64,000 nucleotides of DNA from Octopus sinensis (taxonomy: Eukaryota), in contig NC_043001.1 of the NCBI RefSeq assembly GCF_006345805.1, positions 91,388,001 through 91,452,000 on the forward strand. The letters run 5' to 3'. Positions 35,661 through 48,599 of the stretch are shown here, in pieces. Made by a program: the position numbers and the translations under genes. The notes under the pieces were generated by a model. It ran no database searches. It saw nothing but the letters and a program-made list of their open reading frames with translations, and was not told the DNA's origin. Position 1 is the first letter of the stretch, and each line of letters starts with the position of its first letter.

Positions 35661-37559
35661 GAGAGAGAGAAAGAAAGAGAGAAAGAAAGAAAGAAAGAAA
35701 GAGGGAGAGAGTAACACGTAGATTCTGCGACACTGCGGAGCCTTGTTTGTGTGCCTAAATCGTGTTGAGTAGTTGTTTAAGATCTTGCTGATTGTCTTAG
35801 ATATAACAAAGTAACCAATTACAAATTGAAAGATAAGGCCCTAAATATGTCCCACACTGACACCGTGGCTCACAATAGCTTAATGTATTTTTTATATTGC
35901 AGAGTTTCAGTGTGTTTGCGTTCAAATCTATCCACGGGCACTCTGTGAATATTTATATTTTGGGAGTAGGTGGTATTTAGAAGTAGTGAGGGGTGCGTGG
36001 CCCAGTGGTTAAGGATGCTGCAATTGCAAAATCAATCATGGTTTCCATTTCCGGGCTGGGTGTTGCGTTGTGATCTCATGCAAAACGTTTGATTTAACGT
36101 TGTTTCACTTCTCTCGGCTGCAAATGAGAAACCATCTGACAGTCTGGTGTCCTGTTCGGCGGGGGTGGGGTTGGGGGTAGTGTTGTGGTTTCGGTCACAT
36201 ATAAGTTATGAGACTAGTATAACCGATTTGTTTTAGATTTGTATTCAGGAGGGTAAAAAAAAGTTTATTACTATCGCACCCATCACCAACATATACATAC
36301 GCGAACATATACACACACAAATACATACATGCGCGCACACACACATACAGACAAACATATACGCAGAAAACGCAAAGAACACGTACACACACACGCACAT
36401 GTATACATAGTGGAGGCACATGGCCTAGTGGTTACAGCAGCGGACTCGCGGTCGAAGGATCGCGGGTTCGAATCTCAGACCGGGCGATGTGTGTGTGCTT
36501 ATGAGTGAAACACCTAAGCTCCACGCGGCTCCAGCAGAAGGTAATGGCGAACTTCTACTGACTCTTTCGCCACAACTTTCTCTCACTCTTTCCTCCTGCA
36601 TCTTGCAGCTCACCTGCGACAGACCGGTGTTCCGTCTAGGTGGGGAACCTATACGCCAAGGAAACCGGGAAACCGGCCCTTATGAGCCAGGCGTGGCTCG
36701 AGGAGGAACATGTATACATACCCACACAAACCCATTTGTTTATACATATAAGGGTGTGTGTGTGTGTGTCTGTGTGTGTGCGTATGTGTTTTATCTGTTT
36801 TTATTTTCTTCAGTGATGGGTTGTCCTCTTAAAGGATAATCATTTTAACAACTGGTTCCCTTATCTACTCAAATATTAATAACCGGTCGCTAATGTAGCA
36901 CAATTTTAACCACGGGTTCTGTATAAAACGTTCTGAATCCAGAAACAAAATATCACAGGATTAACATGATATTAAAATAGTCTAATATAGTCTAATTAAA
37001 AGTCGATATCTAAGAAACTTTGGGATAGCTAGCGCTGTGAAAATATCAGTCAGCACAAATGAAAGGTTTGTGACGTTTATTTCCTATTAAGCTTATGCAC
37101 ATTTCGCCATTTGGGCCCTTTGTCGGCGAGTGACAAAATTATAGGATAAATTGAACGGAGAGAAAGATTACCAAGGACTGAGCAATCGAGTGTCCATCAC
37201 TGACAAGACCAAATAATGTTGAAATCACGGGATCTGGTGGTCTCGGCGCTGGAGGTAGCGGGGTTTTCTCTCACAGCGAGCGATTTAAACAGGAGTGAAT
37301 TTTACACGAAGAAACAAATATGAGAGTTTTTCTCATGGTAACTACCGCAGTATAGTTTGTTTTAACAGAATATCCAAGTTTAAACGGGGATAAATATTAC
37401 CTATTAGTAATAATAATAGCGCCAGCAAAAGCCTGTCTCAGCTTGTTCTTACATCTATGACTTCGGAACATTAAATGCTACGTTAAATCTATTGAAGTTC
37501 TTGACTTTTATTTTAAAAACACTATCATTAGATTATTGAGGAAATAAAAGGAAAAAAAA

Positions 37560-38136
37560 CTATAATTTTATTCATCTTCAAATCCAGAAAATTCACCGCA
37601 GTCGTCTGCAAAACCAGAAAAATCACTGCTTTCATCATTCCGACGATCACTTTCAGAATTGTTCTCTGTATTCACCTCTGAACTATCACTAACCTCATAA
37701 ACAAGGTCATCTTCTGTTCCAGCATTACTTATACCACATTTTTTAAATGACTTCACTTTCGCTTTTACTTTCTCCTATGCAGTTTTGACTATTTGGCAAA
37801 CTTGTGTAATAGATGGTTTTTCGTCCTTCGTTGGTGTAAGATCATGTGGAATTTTCATGGGAAGGTGTTACTTAAGGTGGAATTTCGTTTTCTGTTAATA
37901 TTCCAGTACAATATCCGTAACTTGTCTCAAAACGTTATTAATTTACTGTAATTTTAAAACATTGGACTTGTTGTAGCTTCAATTGCTCGGCATCGGACGT
38001 AACTGGGAAAGTTACAATCCAAACCACACCCCAAACTTATAGCTCCCGTCACTGATCCCCACTTTATAGGTCGCAGGGTGGTTTTTGGAGTCATTCTATG
38101 AGAAAAAAGATGTCTAATAAACCGAAAAGTACGGTA
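37560..38136 (-). mobile_element. pogo/Tigger-like transposon remnant
   Basis: 5' end TA|CCGTACTTTTCGGTTTATTAGAC; C-terminal transposase remnant KPSITQVCQIVKTA*EKVK...KSFKKCGISNAGTEDDL followed by an acidic tail. Confidence 0.75.
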
Positions 38137-38994
38137 CTTTATTTTATTGTACTCGTTTTCTGAATTCGTATTCATACGCTATCATCGTTACATTAATAAT
38201 GCACTCCATATATAGTAATTGTACTATTTGTAAAGAGTGATAGCTTTCGATTACATTTATTGTCTGTGTCTATACAATGAAACTATTAGTTATTGATAGG
38301 AGAGCTTGGTGCTTTAACCTGCCATTAAATGTTCTGAAGTGTAGTCTGTTTGTTATAACACAACTATATTCATGTTTGTGTGTGTGCGTGTGTGTATGTG
38401 AGTGTGTTATATATGTGGGTGTGTGCGTGTGTGTATGTGCGTGCGTGTGTGTATGTGTGTGTATATGTGTGTGTGTGTGTGTACATGTAACAACAAAGAC
38501 TTAACTTTTTCTTAATGATTTAATATTTATTTAGTGTCAAAATTTTTGTTGCACGAATTGCGACGTGGCCACCGACAACATTAGACTGAAGAGAGAGAGA
38601 GATGGGGAGGGGAAGAGAGAAGGGGAGGGGAAGAGAGAAGGGGAGGGGAAGAGAGAAGGGGAGGGGAAGAGAGAAGGGGAGGGGAAGAGAGAAGAAGAGA
38701 GAGATGGAGAAGAGAACGGTGAGATAGGCAGATAGATAGATAGATAGATAGATAGAGATAGATAGATAGATAGGGCAGCTGGTATCATTGTAGATAGGTA
38801 GGAAGACAACCTGGTGTCGGTAGATTGGTGGGCAGTCAGGCATATGGTGATACAGTCACACGAGTAATAATAAAGAGATATGCAATATAAAACACACACG
38901 CACACACATAACAACCACACACAAACACACACACATGTACATAACAACATTTTCATCCTTCACTCATATGTTCCCGTTCTCTCTGTCTCTCTCT

Positions 38995-39030
<36 letters not shown>

Positions 39031-39803
39031 GAGGCGCGCGAGCACATCATCTTCAAATTTTTCTTCTCTTATTCATAAAAGTGAAAATTTAAAGTACACG
39101 TGGGGACAGAAAACTTCATGAATCTGGCCCGACGGGTCCACCGTAGTTGTTAATAATTTATTGGCAAACGGCTAACAGGCTCGGCAATTCACATTAACAT
39201 CCTATTGATCCGGTCACACTTCGCCATGATGGCAGCAGATCCATCCCAAGCCAGCAACCAAGTTACCTCCCTTGGGAAATTACTGCTAGCTCTTAACGAA
39301 ATGTCTCCCGACCCCAGTTCTGAAGTAATGAAGATGGCTTGGATTGTCATTTTACTCTTGACACGACTAAGAAATGCGTTGAGTGACAGCGTGTCGTAAG
39401 AGTAATGAGCAGAACACGAAAGGTGAAGTTGATCTGGGCTCAGAAGACTTTATTGCATGTAAACACAGGGTTACATGTATATATGCAAACGAACACATGC
39501 AGACACTTATACGCACACACATTCACAAATCTATGCATTCACAAATAGAAACATTCGTGCCTTATTTTCATGCTTTGTCTGCAAGTAGTATACACGCACG
39601 TACACATACATATATTCATATACATACACTACATAAAGATTATATATGCACACATGTATACACAACCTATGTAAATATATATGTGTGTGTGTGTGAGTAT
39701 ATCTATATCTATGTATGACAAATATACGAGTACAGACTTTCTTGACTTAATGGATTCTTATACAAATATATACATATACACATATATATATATATAAATA
39801 CAT

Positions 39804-39849
<46 letters not shown>

Positions 39850-39911
39850 ATATATATATATATATTATATATATATTCATACATATATACATATATGTAT
39901 ACATACATACA

Positions 39912-39960
<49 letters not shown>

Positions 39961-40523
39961 TGAAGGAAAGAAAATTGAGAAAAAATGGATGTAAGGATAA
40001 TTTATTTGCATGATAAAAAGATGTTCAAATTTAAAAAAAAAAAACGTGACAATACAAATAAATTACAAGTCGTAAAGTTAAAAATATGAAAACACATTCT
40101 AAATGCATCCTTCAAAGAAAAAAAATGTTAGCCGTAGTTTTATAAGGTCAAAATCGAGAAATTCTACCCGATATAGTTAGAAAATGATACCTTTCTCAGC
40201 ATTTAACCAAATGCTTAGAAATCCATATTGACTAGGGGGTAGTACTGAAACATATATGTAAGTTTTTTCACAGATTTTGAACTTCACAACTTATAATTTA
40301 TTCGTATTGTTATGTTTTTAAAAAATTTCATCATCTTTATATCATACAAATAAATTATTCATACATTCATTTTTTTCTCCATTTACTTTCCTTCGATATT
40401 AATATGTATTACAACAATAATCCCTAACATATCGCAGTGACTTTCGGATTATATGATAATGATTAACAAGTGGAATCTTTTGGATTATATAAACCCTAAT
40501 GCCGATCTAACTTGCTCGAACCG

Positions 40524-40583
<60 letters not shown>

Positions 40584-41395
40584 ACATATATATATATAAA
40601 GTATCTTGCTTCCGAACCACATGGTTCCGGGTTCAGTCCCACTGCGTGGTACCTTGGACAAGTGTCTTTTACTACAGGCTCGGGCTGACCATAGCCTTGT
40701 GAGTGGGTTTGGTAGACGGAAACTGAAAGAAGCCCGTCGTATATATGTATATATGTATATGTGTGTATATGTTTGTGTGTCTGTGTTTGTCTCCCCCAAC
40801 ATCGCTTGACAACCGATGTTGGTATGTTTAAGTCCCCGTAACTTAGAGACCGATAGAATAAGTTCTAGGCTTCCAAAGAATAAGTCCTGGGGTCGATTTG
40901 CTCGACTAAAGGCGGTGCTCCAGCATGGCCGCAGTCAAATGACTGAAACAAATAAAAGAGTAAGTGTAAGAGTAATATATATATATATATATATATATAA
41001 TCACTTTTTCCTTTGAAGGATGCACAAATACATACATATACATAGATATATACATATATAAATACACACATACACACACATGCATGCATATATAAATACA
41101 CATATGCACACACATATTCTGCTACTACGGGTTTCTTATAGTTTCTCTTTCATAACTTGTTTTCATTCAGAAAGTTTATCCAATAAAAGCTGTATAATTC
41201 ATAATTGATTAATTATATATGAATTAATTAATTGAACGAGTGCCTGTCCGGAAAGCTAAGAAATTATTGAATATACGAAGTTATAAACCATTTTTTTAAA
41301 AGCTGATCGTTAACGCAAAGCGAAATTTAAAATGTGACTGAACCCGGAACCATGTGGTTGGTAAGCAAGCTACTTACCACGCAGCCACTCCTGCG

Positions 41396-41428
<33 letters not shown>

Positions 41429-41430
<2 letters not shown>

Positions 41431-44400
41431 CTTGTTACAGCTTAGAGCTGCGGCCATGCTGATGCACCGCCGTTTTGTGCTACACTGTTATTACGAAGAA
41501 CCTTCTCTAATATGTGACACTTGGTGAAGAATGGAGTTTGACATAGCTACTCTCATTTGCACCTCTTGCCGTGAGGTAGGTTCATCTGGGACTCTCGACA
41601 GGAAGATGTCCAGCTCTGATTTAAAAACTGCTACATCTACTTTGTGCAAGTTCCTCAGACACTTTGGGAGAATATTAAAAAGCTGTGGGCCCTTGAAACC
41701 CAGGCTGTTGCAGAAGCTGGTCCTGAAGCGTGATGGCATTGCTGGGATATTTGGCACTATGCAGTGTCGTCCCGTTCTAGCATTGGTGTAGCTTACAATG
41801 CCAAAATTTGGCACAATTCCTTCCAGGATCTTCCAGACATATATTACTGCATAACTCTCCCGTCTTCTTTCTAGGGAGTAGAGTCTTAGCTGTTTCAACC
41901 TTTCCCAGTAGCTGAGCTGTTCCAAAGAGACGATCTTCTTTGTGAATCTTCTCTGGATTGCTTCAAGGTCCGCTGTTAATTTTACACTGGTGGGTGACCA
42001 TAGCTGTGAGCAGTAATCCAGGCGGCTGAGGACGAATGTCCGCCAGAGGAACATCATGGTTTCCTTATCTCTGGTTCTGAATGTTCTTAGGATCCATCCA
42101 GCCAGTCGTCAGCACTTTGTCGCCATCCTTGTAATGTGCACTTGGAAAGAGGTATCATCACTCATGTGATGGGATTGAAATTCCCTGTAGACCGGTGTAT
42201 CCTGTAAGTTTAATATTCAGTTTTGGATGCTGGTAGCGCAGGGCCTGAAAATTTTCAGCATTAAACTGCATATTATTATCCTCAGCCCATCTGTAGATTG
42301 AGTCCAACTCCTGCTGCAGGTGCGCAACATCTCTGTGGTTCTGTATTTTCTGCGAGACTTTCGTATCGTCTGCATAGCTGGCCAGAGTGGCTATCCGGGC
42401 ATTTGAGGGCATATCTGAGAGGGCCACTATAAAAAGCAGTGGTCCCAAGACAGTGCCCTGTGGAACACCGCTCACTATTTGTGTGTTCATAGAGGTGGCT
42501 CCATTAACCACTACTGCTTGACTCCTATCTTTCAGGAAGTCATGCAACCACACTCCAAGTTTTCCAGCTATGCCGAGGTCACGTAGTTTGTGACATATCA
42601 TACCATGATCCACCTTGTCAAAAGCTTTTGCAAAATCAAGGTAGATTACGTCCACATTTGATTTGTTGAGTAACTGCCTCAACACCCAGTCATAATGCTG
42701 TAAGAGCTGGGTCAGGCAGCTCCTACCTGGTCGAAAACCATGCTGGGAATTACTCAGCAAGTTATTTTCCTCAAGGAATGCGATTAGTTTCTTTCTAACT
42801 ATCCGTTCCATGACTTTACTGATGTGTGAAGTCAGAGAGATAGGCCTATAGTTTTTGGCATCTGCTCTACTTCCTCCTTTATGTATTGGGCATATTATTC
42901 CCTCCTTCAGCTTGCTTCGCAGTTTGCCATTCGCAAGAAAGCTCTGGAAGAGAATCTTGAGGGGTTTTGCCAGGGCATGCTTACACGCTTTGAGGAGGAT
43001 TGCTGGGAAATCGTCTGGACCAGCAGCTGAGTTTGTGTCCACTTCATCTATGGCTAGTAGGACATCTTTTTCGCTAATGTCAATACATTCTATTGTAACC
43101 GCCTCGCTGGTTATAGGTGATGCGGCAAAGAAGTCCACTGGTTCGTTCACTTGTCTGTGTTCCAACGGGGTGGTAAAGACACTTTTGAACTGGTCATTCA
43201 GCATCTCACTGATCATAGTTGGACTGTCTGTGAGGGAGCCATCCTTTTGGAGGAGGGGTCCTATCTTGTAGTGCACTGAGACTGTTTCTTTCGCGTAATG
43301 AAAGAAGGCCCTTGGGTTTGATTTAATGTTTTTTATAACCCAGGCTTCTTTGTCTGCTTTCTCCTTCACATAGGATTGTTGCAGCCTTTTTTCGATCTCC
43401 ATCAGTGTTGTTTTTAGACGGGACGTTTCGCTACTTTTGGGATGCTGGTTGAGACGATTTGCAACCTTCGTCCGTCGTCTCATGAGGATCTTCCTGTCTC
43501 TTGGAATCTTGCTCCTATTTGTTTTGGCTTTGTGCTCTGGGACATATTTCTGGCATACGGCTTGCACAGAAGATATGAAACATTCTAGTTTCATGTCAAT
43601 GTCTGGTGCGGAGAGACATTCCGTCCAGTCCTCTCTGAGGATCTCTTTTTGGATCGATTTCCAATCTGCTTTGTAGAAGTTCAGATTGGAGAGATTTCGG
43701 GTGCTTCCTTTAGGCTGTATGTCTCAGGTTACTTTCGGCCCAAACATAGACAGCTCTATTATGTTGTGATCCGAAACTGATGTCGGTGTCACATTCACAT
43801 TATGAATGATGTCCATATTGTTCGTGAAACAGAGATCCAGAATGTTATTCGCCCAAGTTGGCTTGAGTACAACTTGCTCCATGAATAAGGCATTGGTGAG
43901 GTTGAGCAGGGACTCCACCTGTACTTGCTTGCAATGATTCATTCCTGAGAGTATGTGACCTTCGGGCCATTTGACGTTGGGGAAGTTGAAATCACCCATA
44001 AGAAATATGGTCACGTGGTGTTCCAGATTCATGAGGATTTCTTTAATTCTTGTGAGGCAATCTTCAAACTTGCCTATGTGATTTGGGGCATCCGGTGGGC
44101 AATATGTATTGCATATGACTATATTATGTTGTCTTATGTATACAACTAAGGTGTCACATACCGAATTTGAGTATGTCATCAAGACCTGGGGCGTGAGGTC
44201 ATCTCGGATGTATACAGCAACTCTACCATGGCTCTTTTCCCTTCCGTCTGTTCGCAGTATGGCATAGTCTGATATGTATACTTCTGCGTCCTCTATATCA
44301 GGGTTGAGGTGAGTTTCCACAAGTGCTATGCATAGGGCTTGATTGCATGCAGTAAGATCTCTCAGGAAAGAAATTTTGTTTCTATTTTGATGCAACAGGC

Positions 44401-45600
44401 CCCCAATATTTAGTAAAAGTATTGGGGTGACGGCTGTGCAGGCGTCAGGGGAGGCCATCCCGTGTCTGTTGACTGGTGGTCTTGCATAGTGGTGGGCAGG
44501 GTTCCTTCTCTGTGCTTGATGTAGCCAGGTTAGCTGCCGGACAATTTTTTCCGCCATGCGTAAAAAAGACTCCTGTTCAGCTTCGTTTTTGAAAGTTTTC
44601 CTGGGAGACATTTCTTGTGTTCCCTCGGTAAAGATTTTCTCTTTGAGTCCCCTGAATTTCTGGCGGGGTGTCGGGTCGGCGAACCGGCAGTTTTTGCCAT
44701 CCTCACAATAATTTTCAATTATGTTGTCCAGTGTTTTGATGTGTGGTCTTATAAGCATGTAAGACCGGATAAACTCATTTTTCTTCCGCTCTATTTGGTC
44801 AATGGTTCTATGAAAACCATTGTTTTTTAGCGCGGCAGTGATGATGTTGTTCGGCGGATCGCCACTAGCAATCGTCCATGCTCTCAGCAGAAGATTTAAC
44901 TCTTTCTTTTCCCACTTTGGTGCCATCTTCGTTTTGAGGTCCAGAGGGGGAGTAGAGGCTAGAGAGGTAATGAGGAATAGAGAGAGGTAGAGACGGAGAA
45001 ACACAGAGGGGGGAATAGGGAAAGAGTGAGGGAGATAGGAAGGAAAGAGAGAGGTGCTATGAAAGAAATCGAGAGGGTGATAGGAGGAAAGCAAGGGGGT
45101 GTGGTGTGTTAAAAAGATAGAGGAAGGTAGGGGAGGGGGAGAGGAAGGGAATAGAAGGAGAGACAGAGTGAAAGAGAAGAGGGGAAGAGAAAGAGAGGCA
45201 GAGTGAAGGAGAGGAGGGGAAGAGAAAGAGAAACAGAGGGGAGGAGAGGATAGCAAGAAAAAGAGAGACAGAGTGAAGGAGAGACAAGATGAAGGATGTG
45301 AGAGAGAGGGAGAGACGGAGTGAGAAGAATGGACGGATGAGAAGTATATGAGAGAGAGGGTGAGGTGACGAGAGGAGAGGTAGATGTGAGATGGAAAGGA
45401 AAGAGAAATGAGAGAAGAGGAGGATATGAAAGGGAGGAGGGGAGATGAGAAAAAGAGTAAGATATGTAAGAGAGAGGAAAAGGTAAGCGTAAAGAGAGAT
45501 GAAGGAAGGGAGAAAGGAGCTGGAAGTGGGGGAATATATGTAAGGGAGGAGAGAGGAGGTAGAAGAAAGTGAGGAAATGAAGGAATTATTTAATTCTAAA
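41429..45600 (-). mobile_element. Near-full-length CR1/L2-group LINE (APE plus RT), recently inactivated
   Basis: APE motifs LLNIGGL, ALVETHL, MGDFN, LDLCFTN, SDHNII. RT motifs NYRPISLTS, QHGFRPGRSC, YLDFAKAFDKV, GVPQGTVLGPLLF, YADD. C-terminal SRLDYCSQLWSP and LYSLERRR. 3' end abuts (TA)n. 5' boundary uncertain. Confidence 0.93.
41491..44926 (-). pseudogene. Single long LINE reading frame: Myb/SANT-like domain, degenerate CCCH-like motif, APE, RT
   Basis: Strong-context ATG (AAGATGG) at 44926, open to a TGA at 43726-43724. In-frame continuation through YKADW to 43594 and RT. A deletion/frameshift near 42165 removes the RDLG motif, and a second TGA (CGA>TGA-like) lies near 42110. Confidence 0.88.
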
Positions 45601-45685
45601 CTAATTACAGGAAAATAAACATATGAAAGCGAAACAGAAATTGAAAGAAAGTTATTCTCAGAATGTAAACAAAGATGGCGTCATA

Positions 45686-45979
45686 AATCGTAACTGAGAT
45701 GTAAGCTTAAAAAATTTAATAAACAAACAATCGTAACTGAGATGTCAGCTTAAAAAATTAATAAACAAACAATCGTAACTGAGATGTTAGCTTAAAAAAT
45801 TAATAAACAAACAATCGTAACTGAGATGTTAGCTTAAAAAATTAATAAACAAACAATCGTAACTGAGATGTCAGCTTAAAGAATTAATAAACAAACAATC
45901 GTAACTGAGATGTTAGCTTAAAAATTAATAAACAAACAATCGTAACTGAGATGTTAGCTTAAAAAATTAATAAACAGAC
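45686..45979. repeat. 42-bp minisatellite, 7 units (AATCGTAACTGAGATGTTAGCTTAAAAAATTAATAAACAAAC)
   Basis: Unit starts at 45686, 45729, 45771, 45813, 45855, 45897, 45938. Confidence 0.95.
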
Positions 45980-46355
45980 AATTGCATAAGATACTTATGT
46001 TGAAAGGTACAGTCCAAACCCTCGTGCTTGTACGAAGAAATTTTCTTTCACAACAGAAAAGAAAACAATTCTTTTTCTTTCTTACCTTTGACTGAAGATA
46101 AATTAAAAACTTGCCACCACGTGCTTTTTCGGCGAAGATTCTAGCATGCGTAACCAACTTTACTGTATTATGGCTTCAAGCGAAATATATTACGTGTATA
46201 ATTAATATATTTTCAATTAATGCATTTTAGTAGATTTATGAGTTAACAAGTTCTACGTTTTGTTACTTTCAGTAGAATATTTCGTCGATTTATGCAAACC
46301 TTTTTGTTTTTTCACAGAGCAAAGGCAAACAAGTCTTTTCTCTACGAAAACCGGA

Positions 46356-46385
46356 AGTAATATATATACATATATATATATATAT

Positions 46386-46424
<39 letters not shown>

Positions 46425-46430
46425 TATATA

Positions 46431-46480
<50 letters not shown>

Positions 46481-46692
46481 TATATATATATACATATATA
46501 TACATATATATATACATATATATATACATATATATATATACATATATATATATACATATATATATATCATATATACATATTACATATATACATATTATAT
46601 ACATATATATATATATGTATATATATATATACATATATATACATATATGCATATATAATACATATATATATATACACATATATATATATATA

Positions 46693-46724
<32 letters not shown>

Positions 46725-46775
46725 CTATATATATACATATATATATAACATATATATATATCCATATATATATCC

Positions 46776-46821
<46 letters not shown>

Positions 46822-46894
46822 GTATATATATACATATATATATATATACATATATATACATATATATACATATATATATATACATATATATATA

Positions 46895-46931
<37 letters not shown>

Positions 46932-47119
46932 TATATACATATATATATACATATATATATATACATATATATATATACATATATGTGTTTTTATTTCTCC
47001 TTTAGCTTTCAGAATTACTACTATTTTTGCGGTTTGAGTTTGGCTGCTCTTTTCAAGTGAGTTGAAAGACCTGTTAGGGTCATTCCTTAATACTTTGTTG
47101 TATATACATATATGCATAC

Positions 47120-47152
<33 letters not shown>

Positions 47153-47307
47153 ATATATATATACATATATATTATATATATATATTACATATATATATAC
47201 ATATATACATATATATACATATATACATATATATATACATATATACATATTATATACATATATAGATATATATAATATATATATATATACATATATTATA
47301 TACATAT

Positions 47308-47342
<35 letters not shown>

Positions 47343-47548
47343 CATATATATAACATATATACATATATACATATATATATAGATATATATATATATATAT
47401 TATACACATATATACATATATACATATATACATATATACATATATACATATATACATAATATATATACGTATATATATATAATATACATATATATATATA
47501 TACATATATATACATATATACATATATATATATATATATTACATATAT

Positions 47549-47579
<31 letters not shown>

Positions 47580-47582
47580 TAT
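46356..47582. repeat. Two large complex (TA/TACA)n microsatellite blocks separated by a ~110-bp unique spacer (others at 39760-39960, 62780-63012, 35460-35700)
   Basis: Direct reading. Confidence 0.97.
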
Positions 47583-48543
47583 TTTACTTTCAAAATTTTC
47601 GTTGCTCATGCAACCTTCTCAATGGATATCAATTGACAAGGTTGCAACAGCAACAAAAATTTTGGAAGACAAAAAAATGTATTAATAATAAATGAGTGGA
47701 AATCGAACAGATGAGTGTGTTAGATAATAAGGCATTATGACATTATGACTCCCCAGACACAACAATATTTGCTTCAGCTCACGAATTCACACAAAGAATC
47801 TTGCAAATCAGATACAAAAACGAAGTATTAATTTCATCTTATGGGAGTGTATGTAAGGCGGTGAAATGACAGAATCATTATTAGCACGCTGGATAAAAAT
47901 GCTCGGCGGCATTTCGTTCCTCTTTCTGTTCTTAGTTCAAATTCCACCAATGTCCATTTTTGCTTTTCAAACTTTTTGAGATTGATAAGGTGAGAAATGA
48001 GAGATGAGAGAGGGTAAGATTCAACTTACCCCCACCTCTCTCTCTGAAATTTAAGGCCGCGTGTCCATAGAAAGAATGGGGCTAATGCAGTTTCGCACTT
48101 CTTGAAAAATGAATTTTTATATTTTTTCGGATTCTTACGTATTTGATGTCGGAGATTACGAAGATGCAAAAAAAAATTTTTGTAAATTTCACACCCCTCC
48201 TATTGCAACCCTACCCCAGAATTTAAAATCTTGAACTTTTTCTCATTCTTTTTTTTTTTTTTTTTAAACCACCTTTTCCAAATATAAAATGCCCTCCTCA
48301 ACCTCCCCTTCTCCAAAATTTAAAATTTTTCAAATTTCACTCCGCCCCTCCGGCGGATCCCATGCACCGTCAAAAAAAAAACCCCCCAGACATCTCCGTT
48401 TTTTTTTTATTCTTTTCAGCTGTTTCCTATGCCTTCGATGATAGAGATACCGAATATGCAAGAAACCATGTATTCAAAGTTTTAAATTTAATAAGCGTAT
48501 AGTTATGTGTATAAAGAGATAGAATAGAATAGAATAGAATAGA

Positions 48544-48599
<56 letters not shown>

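Noticed and set aside
37090-37330. CpG-richer island, possible promoter or exon
   Set aside because: The only protein-like frame (PLPPAPRPPDP...) is preceded by an in-frame stop with no good acceptor; no diagnostic promoter motif.
44927-45256. First 110 aa of track ORF 43724-45256
   Set aside because: Translation of a CT-rich low-complexity tract; the credible start is the ATG at 44926.
45686-45979. CRISPR-like array
   Set aside because: Units are contiguous with no unique spacers, there are no cas genes, and the context is eukaryotic.
46253-47609. Many Y/I/C/V/H/T-rich ORFs here and at 27155-27704, 35064-35721, 39747-39940, 50318-50645, 62731-63094
   Set aside because: Translations of (TA)n, (CA)n and (TAGA)n microsatellites.
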